64,000 bases of DNA from Promethearchaeota archaeon (GTDB lineage: Archaea; Asgardarchaeota; Lokiarchaeia; Sigyniarchaeales; SOKP01). Position 1 is the stretch's first letter, and every line of letters starts with the position of its first letter. The notes beneath the pieces are model-generated. The model did no database searches. It saw only the letters and a program-made list of their open reading frames with translations, and had not been told where the DNA came from. The DNA lies in the NCBI GenBank assembly GCA_019058295.1, contig JAHPZI010000006.1, positions 1 to 64,000 of the forward strand, read 5' to 3'. Shown one piece after another: positions 56,599 through 64,000 of this stretch. The translations under genes and the position numbers were made by a program.

Positions 56599-57162
56599 TT
56601 AGCTTGCCTTTTCAGCAAGTTCTTCTTCGATATCAGCTTGAATCCAATCTTCCTTCCCTAAGAATCTTTGTCGCATAGTTAATCCCAGTTTACCCGAGCG
56701 CCCCATACCGAGAGAGACCGCTATAATTCTTGCTCTCACTGAGTCTTTTACTTCAAGGATTTTTCCTGTTTCCTTTCCTATAAATCTATTTCCTACTTGT
56801 TCGTATGATATGTAGTCATCACATATTTGTGACACATGTACAAGACCATCAAGGGGCCCTAGGCGAATAAAGGCTCCAAAATCAACAATTTCAACGATAT
56901 CTCCCTCAATGATTTCTTGTAATGATGGTTTGAAAGAAAGAATTGTAAATTCGACCTCATGGAAGGTATTTGGCTGACCTGGGATTATTATACCAGGGCC
57001 AACATTGAGTACATCAACGATAGCAATAATAAAACCGTATTCTCTGGTAATAATTCCTTCATAATCTTCACTAAGAATAATTCTTGCCGATACAACTTTT
57101 TCCTGGCTAAATAAGAAGGGAGGAATTTCTATCTTTCCCGCGATTGTGTAAAGCTTGAATAT
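56599..57162 (-). CDS. rpoE1: RNA polymerase subunit E' (Rpo7); ATA start at 57162, only the last 78 aa are in the track
   Basis: (M)FKLYTIAGKIEIPPFLF...YEG...IIPG...FKPSLQEIIEGDIVEIVDFGAFIRLGPLDGLVHVSQI...VRARI...LTMRQ.FLGK..W; 187 aa. Confidence 0.94.
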   Translation of the reverse strand: MFKLYTIAGKIEIPPFLFSQEKVVSARIILSEDYEGIITREYGFIIAIVDVLNVGPGIIIPGQPNTFHEVEFTILSFKPSLQEIIEGDIVEIVDFGAFIRLGPLDGLVHVSQICDDYISYEQVGNRFIGKETGKILEVKDSVRARIIAVSLGMGRSGKLGLTMRQRFLGKEDWIQADIEEELAEKAS

Positions 57163-57180
57163 AATTAATCAACCTCTTAA

Positions 57181-57202
57181 TCTGAGCGCTCTCCTCAGAG
57201 CA
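57181..57202 (-). promoter_or_regulatory. GC-rich hairpin element in the rpoE' leader
   Basis: Minus strand TGCTCTGAGGAGAGCGCTCAGA, just upstream of the GAGGTTGA SD-like site. Confidence 0.35.
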
Positions 57203-57343
57203 TATTGGTATAGATTCTAAAATTTAATACAAACACTTAAAATTAATAGTCCTTTAAACTGATTTATTTATATAAATTCTTAAACATATGATAGAATTAA
57301 TATTTTGTGATTTTTCTTGATTAAAAACATTTAGAAGTAGAAA

Positions 57344-57715
57344 TTAAATTATCTTCGCAATCTTATCACATGTACGTTTACAATCGAGAAATATTAAACC
57401 AAGCCTAACATCTTTCGTAGTAGATACAGTTAGCACTGCGTTTTGCCCCGCTGCTAGCACAAGCAAATATCCATCAGTTCCTTTAACATAAACTTGTTCA
57501 AAATCACCTTTACGCATTTCTTGTATCGCCCGCTCAGCTAATGATAAAAGTGCTGCTGTCATAGCCGCTATCCTCGTCTCATCGATCCCTTGAGGCAATG
57601 CTGAGGCAATGGGCAAGCCTTCGACTGAGACTATCGCTGCAGCCTTTACTTCTGGGATTGCCGATAAGAGTCTTTTTAAGATAATGTCAAGGGTTTCAGG
57701 TACTTGTTCGTCCAT
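57344..57715 (-). CDS. Roadblock/LC7 (MglB/LAMTOR-like) protein
   Basis: AAAIVSVEGLPIASAL...RIAAMTAALLSLAERA..E...G.FEQVYVKG.DG, LGLIFLD. Confidence 0.92.
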   Translation of the reverse strand: MDEQVPETLDIILKRLLSAIPEVKAAAIVSVEGLPIASALPQGIDETRIAAMTAALLSLAERAIQEMRKGDFEQVYVKGTDGYLLVLAAGQNAVLTVSTTKDVRLGLIFLDCKRTCDKIAKII

Positions 57716-57981
57716 AGAATGATTTTCTCCAAAATTATAATCTTAATTTAAATTAGATTTTAATAAAGTTATAACTTTACTTATAATTAACTTAGTTTAA
57801 TAGTATTTATTTTTTTTTATTTCATACTTTATTTAATTTAATAATTTTTAAAAATAAAATCTAATTCTCAACAAGAAAACATTCATTTGGTCTCTAAATA
57901 AAAAGAAAATAAATAATATATCTTCCTAAGATTAATTCAGAGTAGTTCGGTTTTTATCTAAAGCATTTTACCAAAGAAGAG

Positions 57982-58782
57982 TTAAGGTTTGGTATTCTTT
58001 TCTTCTTTATATTCTTTTTTCAGCTTCACACGACCGTGTCTCCATATAGAAATCGCTTCAATTGGGTATTTAATTTTATTTTTACGCAGAATAAAGGTAA
58101 AAAGACCAATTAAAAAGAGGGCAATAATCAAGCTAATAATGATCCTTATAAAATTAATTTTGAGGATTATGGTGTAGAGATAAATAGAAATAATCGCAAG
58201 AAGTCCGTTAGTGATTAATATAATATGAATAAGGTCTGTTATTTTATTGGTCTTAAGTTTACGTGATTTATAAATACCTTCAATCCCAAACTGAAGATTT
58301 AGAAAAATGGTAAAGAAGGCTAATATCATTAAAATTTCCGAAATTTGAGAAATAAGACTTGGAATATGGAAATAAATAGAAAAGGGAAAAAATGGAGCAA
58401 TGTAAGCAAAATAACGCTCTTTATAAATAGTGAAATGATTTAAAAATAAGTTAACTAAAGAGCAATCTATTGCAAAGGCACATATTGGTGCAGTTTTTGC
58501 TGGATTTGTATCAAGGACATGAAGTATAAAAATAAAGGAATACAAGGAAAAAGTAGCTATACCAAGATTAAAAACTATAAATATTGCAAAAGATATTGAA
58601 AAAATTACTTCATCAACAGATGGCACAGGTGTTCTGATATTTCTATTAGAATCAAAAAGATTTAGGGGTATTATAGCTTCAAATAACCATATAAATTCAA
58701 TAAAAACAGTGATAATAGTCAACATAAAAAAAAATAGAATCTGAAAACCATACACAATCCAATTTTTTGTTTTAGGATTCAT
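57982..58782 (-). CDS. Hypothetical polytopic membrane protein
   Basis: Several hydrophobic segments; no family recognised. Confidence 0.6.
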   Translation of the reverse strand: MNPKTKNWIVYGFQILFFFMLTIITVFIEFIWLFEAIIPLNLFDSNRNIRTPVPSVDEVIFSISFAIFIVFNLGIATFSLYSFIFILHVLDTNPAKTAPICAFAIDCSLVNLFLNHFTIYKERYFAYIAPFFPFSIYFHIPSLISQISEILMILAFFTIFLNLQFGIEGIYKSRKLKTNKITDLIHIILITNGLLAIISIYLYTIILKINFIRIIISLIIALFLIGLFTFILRKNKIKYPIEAISIWRHGRVKLKKEYKEEKNTKP

Positions 58783-58872
58783 TTTATCAATATGAATTAA
58801 TTAAAATCGTGATTTTCTCTTATTTCCTCAATTTTATTAAAGAGATTGGCTATTTTTTTTTAAATTTTAATT

Positions 58873-60153
58873 TTAAATCCATTTTATTAATGAATGGCAG
58901 CCAATACCTTCACTTTCTGTAACTCTTCCTAAAATCCTAAATGTGCTTCCTTCTCTTCCTGTTTCTTTACACTTATTTCGGGAGACCAATTCTACGTGAT
59001 CATCTACAATCACCGCATGCTTTACGGAAGCGCTACTTCCAAAAGGCGTTAAAACTTCTAAAAAACCTCTATCACCCTCTTTTTTCAGAGGTTCTAGACT
59101 GTCAACATCTCTTAATATTATTCTAGAGTATTGTGGACAATGAAATATAAAATCTTCATATTTATCGGACCAATGGCTACCAAAAACAATGGGACATTCT
59201 GTAATCCCATATATATCAATCACACTTTTACTCTCAATTCCAAATAATTTAACTATATTAGATACATATTGCGATTTATTAATAGGATCATATTTCAATT
59301 GTGCTTTATGACCATCCCAGCCACCACCACCCGTTACAACATCAAGCCCGTCTCCAAAATTATAACTTATGTCTTTTTCTCTTAAATATTCCATGAATTT
59401 AGATATTAAATAATTACTACCCCCTATTCCAATGTTGTATCTTTTATCTTCTGGCTTTTGTAAAAGTTTATTTATAGTTTTTATAAGATAACTTTGTTTA
59501 ATATAAAATCCCCCTACAATACTTCGGGTCTTTATTATCGCCTCTAGTGCTTTTAAAATTGAGAAACTAAAGAGATATTTAACTTTAGTCATTTCTTCAT
59601 TAACTTTATAATAATTACCACTATATGCACGTACGGGTCTTTCTTTGGTAAATCTTATACAAAATCGATCCAACATTTTTGCACTAGGGGAAAAAAGAAA
59701 TACTTTTGCATTATCCCAATCTCTAGGAATAAAATCTAAAAAGCATTTTCTTGACATTTCATATAGAAAATTCATGTCATTTTTATTAACTCCGACGAGA
59801 GATGGATCGCCACTAGTAGTAGATGAACAGTTCCAATGCTGGAGGTTATCTTCAGGAATTTTTAATAATTTTTTATACATGCCCGCACTTTGTTTATAAA
59901 AAGTTGTCGAAATATATGGAATTGATTCTAAATCATCTATACTATTTAAATCATCTACCTTAAAACCTGCATGCTCAATCATATCTCTGTAGAATTCATT
60001 CTTATCGATATTTTCGGTAATTATTTCTCTCATTAATCTGATAAACTCCATATCTTTATAATCTTTTTTAAGAGTATTTTGAATTACAGATGGAGTTATA
60101 CTTTCTGACAATGATATTCCCTCTTCGATTAATTCTTCTCTTTTATTATTCAT
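58873..60153 (-). CDS. LuxE/PaaK-like acyl-protein synthetase
   Basis: IPYISTTFYK, SSTTSGDPS, TGGGGWDG, DIYGITE, RILGR...EGIGC with the C-terminal Cys. Confidence 0.8.
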   Translation of the reverse strand: MNNKREELIEEGISLSESITPSVIQNTLKKDYKDMEFIRLMREIITENIDKNEFYRDMIEHAGFKVDDLNSIDDLESIPYISTTFYKQSAGMYKKLLKIPEDNLQHWNCSSTTSGDPSLVGVNKNDMNFLYEMSRKCFLDFIPRDWDNAKVFLFSPSAKMLDRFCIRFTKERPVRAYSGNYYKVNEEMTKVKYLFSFSILKALEAIIKTRSIVGGFYIKQSYLIKTINKLLQKPEDKRYNIGIGGSNYLISKFMEYLREKDISYNFGDGLDVVTGGGGWDGHKAQLKYDPINKSQYVSNIVKLFGIESKSVIDIYGITECPIVFGSHWSDKYEDFIFHCPQYSRIILRDVDSLEPLKKEGDRGFLEVLTPFGSSASVKHAVIVDDHVELVSRNKCKETGREGSTFRILGRVTESEGIGCHSLIKWI

Positions 60154-60452
60154 CAATTTTCTTAAACTTATATTAAAACGGGTAAATAAATAATTTAATA
60201 TAATAAATTATAAAGTTATTTTCATTAATCTATTTTTTCTTTTTCTAAATATTTAGAAAAATATAAAAATCCCCTTAAATACCAAGATATTTCAACTGGA
60301 ATTTGAGGAGTCTTTATTTTATAATTAGAATAAATTGTCTCAACATTTATTTCAAATTTTATTATTAATATTTGAATTAGGGTTATTTTTTTGAAAAAAT
60401 TTAATATAAATCAAAATTTATTGAATGGAAAGGATATAATACTATATTTGGT

Positions 60453-61607
60453 TTGTTAATCATTACAATTACAAATTTGGACTTATTAGCTAGTATATAC
60501 AATACAATTTTTTCACTATTTTTATTTCTTCTAGCTTGTATTATGTTTTATATAGCTAAAGAAGGTTATAAGGCAAATAATCGCTATGGAGGGAGTTCAA
60601 CATTAGTGTGTGGAATATTATTTTTAGTTTTTGGATTTTATAATTTATTTGTCGGATTTTTCCCTTTTCCTTTTATGGGATTCATGCTTTGGTGGATCGG
60701 GATGATATTTATCGTTTATATTGGGTTTGCTTTAATAATTAAGAATGTAGTGAAAAAATTGGATAAAGAAAAACCAAATTCTGAGAATTCAAAGAATTCG
60801 ATATTAAAAAAATATGTTATTCTAATGACTAAAGAAAATCCATATAAAAAAGAAATTTCTTTTAAAATGGAAATAGTAAGAAAAAGTTTCCATCTGTTTG
60901 GAATTTTATTTATTTTAGCATATTTTGGATTTTTCTTTCTTTTTCCTATAAGTCGAATAATAAATGATACACTTATTATCTTCTTTAAAGAATATGAATG
61001 GTTTTATGGTCTTTTATGGGGTAGCGTTCAAAATTACCCTTATTCTAAAGGGGATTTTCAAGCTGTTGTGGATCTTACATTGTTTGGTCTAATAGGAGCT
61101 TTGGTATTTGCTATAATTTCTGAATTCATTAGAATTTTTTGGGGTCCCGAATACTCAATTTTCAATTTTTTAACAAAAGCTATTCTCAGAGATAAGGAGT
61201 ACAACGCTTTCGGTGCACACATATATTTAATAACGGGTATTATCTTTTCTTATATGCTATATTTTATAGGAATCGTTAATATATTAACTGTGACAGTTGC
61301 GGTGCTTATATCATGCTTTTCAGATGCTCTTGCTGCCTTAATCGGGCGAAAATATGGCAATCATAAAGTTAAATGTATCGGCGGTGATATAAAATCTATT
61401 GAGGGATTTATAGCAGGAACCGGAATCGCATTTTTAATTGCTTTGATTGTCCTTGGTCCAATCTACGCATTAATAGCTGCTATAATTTTTTTCATATTGG
61501 ATTTCTTTCCAACGATTATTGCAGATAATCTTCTAAATCCAATATTAATTACAATAGGCATTTCAATAAGTATAATGTTATTAGGATTACCAATTGGATG
61601 GTTTTAA
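60453..61607 (+). CDS. SEC59/DGK1/VTE5-family (dolichol/polyprenol kinase-like) membrane protein with N-terminal TM extension
   Basis: EIVRKSFHL, LRDKE, SDALAALIGRKYG, KSIEGFIAG, DNLLNPI. Confidence 0.82.
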   Translation: MLIITITNLDLLASIYNTIFSLFLFLLACIMFYIAKEGYKANNRYGGSSTLVCGILFLVFGFYNLFVGFFPFPFMGFMLWWIGMIFIVYIGFALIIKNVVKKLDKEKPNSENSKNSILKKYVILMTKENPYKKEISFKMEIVRKSFHLFGILFILAYFGFFFLFPISRIINDTLIIFFKEYEWFYGLLWGSVQNYPYSKGDFQAVVDLTLFGLIGALVFAIISEFIRIFWGPEYSIFNFLTKAILRDKEYNAFGAHIYLITGIIFSYMLYFIGIVNILTVTVAVLISCFSDALAALIGRKYGNHKVKCIGGDIKSIEGFIAGTGIAFLIALIVLGPIYALIAAIIFFILDFFPTIIADNLLNPILITIGISISIMLLGLPIGWF

Positions 61608-61635
61608 ATATAATATTAATGTTGGTCACATAATA

Positions 61636-62478
61636 ATGAGAGAATTAATTGACGAATTAAAAGATATTAAGTTAGCGATTTTTGACTTGGATGGTGTAGT
61701 TTACAGAGGAAATACCTTAATCCCGAACGCTGATAAAGTTATTCAAAATTTAAAAGATCTATCTATTAAAGTAGTATATAATTCTAATAACTCAACAAAT
61801 ACCAGACTTAAATATGTTGAGAGATTAAAAGGCTTTAACATTCCAAGTGAGATTTCAGACTTTTATACAAGCGCTTCAATCACTTCAACTGAAATAACAA
61901 AAATAAAAAAAAATGCAAACATTTTTATAATTGGAGAGAGTGGCTTGCGAGAGGAATTAAAATCATTAGGGCATAAAATTATAAAAGATCCACCTAAGTA
62001 TGACGATATAGATTTTGTAATAGTAGGGCTTGATAGAAATTTTAATTATCAAAATTTATCTATTGCTCAAAAATGTATTTTGGAGGGAAACGCACAATTT
62101 TATGCAACTAATGCAGATTCGACTTTACCAGTTGCTCGAGGCTTAAAACCAGGGGCTGGTGTTATGGTCAATGCTGTAGAGATTTGTACAGGGAGAAAAC
62201 CAGTTAAAATTTTTGGAAAACCAGAACCTTACGGAATAAACCTTGCTTTAAAAGATTTGAATATCCCTCCTAACCAAGCTTGCATTATTGGAGATAGACT
62301 TAATACAGATATACTAGCAGGAAACCGCGCAGGAATAATAACTATTACTGTTTTAACAGGGATTACTTCAAATGTAGAAATTGAAGAAATGATAAAAAAG
62401 TCAAAAGAGAATCAAATTGAGGATCAAAATCTCCTGCCTAATATTGTGTTAAATACTTTAGAAGAGATTTTCATTTAA
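61636..62478 (+). CDS. HAD-IIA (NagD-like) hydrolase
   Basis: FDLDGVVYRG, SNNST, ATNAD, GKPEP, IGDRLNTDI. Confidence 0.92.
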   Translation: MRELIDELKDIKLAIFDLDGVVYRGNTLIPNADKVIQNLKDLSIKVVYNSNNSTNTRLKYVERLKGFNIPSEISDFYTSASITSTEITKIKKNANIFIIGESGLREELKSLGHKIIKDPPKYDDIDFVIVGLDRNFNYQNLSIAQKCILEGNAQFYATNADSTLPVARGLKPGAGVMVNAVEICTGRKPVKIFGKPEPYGINLALKDLNIPPNQACIIGDRLNTDILAGNRAGIITITVLTGITSNVEIEEMIKKSKENQIEDQNLLPNIVLNTLEEIFI

Positions 62479-63709
62479 TTTGTATTTTATTTCTAGTTTC
62501 TAAAGATAGTTCATTTTCCTCTGAATTCTCAATCTTAAAATCCTTGAATATCAAATAGACTAGGATTAGCATTAAAGATATAGCAAATAAACTTATTAAA
62601 AGCACATAAAAAATGTAACTTCTTATATCAGATATAAGGTTAGGTACTATAAAGTTAAATTGACTTTCGAAATAAAAGGGGCCAATTATTTGACATATGA
62701 GTAAAATTAATGTAATTATCAGGATCAAAATTAAATATTTTCTTTGAAGCGGATTTTTGAGTAAATATAAGCTTATTGGGATAATTATAGGAAAAGCTAT
62801 AAAAAAAATACGGGAATAATTTACTGATAAAAAACCCAGTAGAAATATAAATGGTAGAAGGATTATTGAATTCTTCAAAAAAGGATTTTCGATTTTTTTT
62901 AAATATAAATATAAAAAACTAATCAGCCATAAGACTCCAAATGTTCGATAAAACATATAGGGATGATAGAAAAGCTTCCTATTAAATAGGAACAAATTCA
63001 ATTGTAAGACAAATACAATTCTAGAAAATGAATAATAGATATAATTAAAACCCATAATATAACGAATTATTAGGAATACACTTATAGGAGGTATTGATAT
63101 TAACAATGTAGATAGAATACTTGACCTTAGATCTTTTTCTTTAAGTTCCAAGTAAAAGAATAAAACTAAAGTAATTAAAAGAATTTCCTTATTTATCGTT
63201 CCAATAGTTACACTAATAAGAAACAGTTTTTTATTTGAATCTACTAACGCATATAAAGCTAATAAAAAGAAGAAGAAGGTTAAGAATTCAACAAAACAGA
63301 TATTTTGGAGAAGGTAAATATTTATTGGACTTATAATAAATAAAAAAACACCACTCAAACTAATTGTAAAGCTAAATCCGATTTTTCTAAGAAAATAATA
63401 AAATAAAAGGGATGTAGCGTAAAATCCAGTTAAATTTACAATTATAAATCCTATAAGAGTCTCAACTGGTAGAATTGACACTAATAAGGGCGTTAATATT
63501 CTATACATGAAAATGGGTTTTCTATCTCTAAAATTAGAATCTGCCATAACATAATACATATGAGCATCGCCTTCCGTACTTACCGTTAAGAATGGATGTA
63601 TAAAAATCACGCCAATTACGATTATAGATAAAATTGTTAGGAAACACATTAGATTAAGTATAATAAATTGAAATCTAGGTGAATCTTTGTTTATAATTCT
63701 AATGCTCAT
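62471..63709 (-). CDS. Polytopic membrane protein, GT-C-like glycosyltransferase
   Basis: TM, then GDAHMY, YRILTP, NKE motif; many TM helices. Confidence 0.55.
   Translation of the reverse strand: MSIRIINKDSPRFQFIILNLMCFLTILSIIVIGVIFIHPFLTVSTEGDAHMYYVMADSNFRDRKPIFMYRILTPLLVSILPVETLIGFIIVNLTGFYATSLLFYYFLRKIGFSFTISLSGVFLFIISPINIYLLQNICFVEFLTFFFFLLALYALVDSNKKLFLISVTIGTINKEILLITLVLFFYLELKEKDLRSSILSTLLISIPPISVFLIIRYIMGFNYIYYSFSRIVFVLQLNLFLFNRKLFYHPYMFYRTFGVLWLISFLYLYLKKIENPFLKNSIILLPFIFLLGFLSVNYSRIFFIAFPIIIPISLYLLKNPLQRKYLILILIITLILLICQIIGPFYFESQFNFIVPNLISDIRSYIFYVLLISLFAISLMLILVYLIFKDFKIENSEENELSLETRNKIQIK
62696..62772. repeat. 77-bp exact repeat, copy 1 (copy 2 at 63924-64000)
   Basis: tatgagtaaaattaatg...gagtaaatataagc is identical in both places. 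Confidence 0.92.
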
Positions 63710-63710
63710 T

Positions 63711-64000
63711 TTAAGTAATGGAATTTTTATTTCTATTCTCTAAATTTATTTCATTTTCATCAGAATTCCTAATCTTTAAATCTTTGAATATCAAATAGAC
63801 TAGGATTAACACCAAATATATAGTGAATAAAGATGATAATAGCACATAATAAACATAACTTTCAAATTCAATTATAATTTTAGGTGTAGATCTGAAAAAA
63901 TAAAGAGTACCAATTATGTGACTTATGAGTAAAATTAATGTAATTATCAGGATCAAAATTAAATATTTTCTTTGAAGCGGATTTTTGAGTAAATATAAGC
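63711..64000 (-). CDS. C-terminal part of a close paralog of 62471..63709 (begins beyond the window)
   Basis: LYLLKNPLQRKYLILILIITLILLI...LVYLIFKD.KI.NS.ENE..LE.RNK shared with the downstream gene. Confidence 0.8.
   Translation of the reverse strand, partial: LYLLKNPLQRKYLILILIITLILLISHIIGTLYFFRSTPKIIIEFESYVYYVLLSSLFTIYLVLILVYLIFKDLKIRNSDENEINLENRNKNSIT

Noticed and set aside
1535-59899. Numerous 60-113 aa ORFs antisense to or inside longer genes (for example 1535..1750, 7250..7540, 25544..25885, 43847..44188, 47919..48245, 51432..51644)
   Set aside because: They overlap well-supported genes, have shadow-like F/I/L/S composition and carry no motifs; 51432..51644 is largely the antisense of rpl24e.
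58873-60153. Bioluminescence
   Set aside because: No luxA, luxB, luxC or luxD in the window; LuxE homologs are common in non-luminous organisms.
1-64000. tRNA, rRNA, IS elements, provirus
   Set aside because: No GC-rich cloverleaf or rRNA-like stretch, and no transposase, integrase or capsid gene recognised. A tRNAscan-SE or Infernal run would be needed to exclude small RNAs.

Overview
Low-GC archaeal chromosomal segment, most likely from an Asgard archaeon of the Lokiarchaeia. The assignment rests on archaeal ribosomal, RNA polymerase, KEOPS and TFB genes together with gelsolins, a roadblock protein and a standalone EMC3/TMCO1-like protein. It holds about 58 protein genes; I recognised no rRNA, tRNA, CRISPR array or mobile element. 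Housekeeping content: proB, proS, fae-hps, a GlpA-like/FAD/Fe-S oxidoreductase block, MFS and ABC transporters, and a rearranged rps6e/rpl24e/rpoN/rpl7ae/rps28e plus rpoE'-spt4-DUF359-rps24e-rps27ae-kae1-bud32 region. Most notable: (1) a four-EF-hand protein collinear with eukaryotic calmodulin, directly after proS; (2) a two-gene membrane module pairing a single-pass protein with a GPS/GAIN-like HF|S autoproteolysis motif and a transmembrane double-wHTH regulator that carries a paralogous ectodomain; (3) at least four genes, two of them core information-processing genes, whose conserved N-termini have no in-frame ATG/GTG/TTG and appear to start at ATA/ATT; (4) a TrmB-like protein split by an apparent ~540-aa helical hairpin with an FFFGKKKK tip; (5) a C-terminal zinc-ribbon module shared by a two-domain gelsolin and a nearby small protein; (6) a 1770-aa FG-GAP propeller surface protein coupled to an ABC-2 system. 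All calls come from motif recognition by eye; no searches were run.
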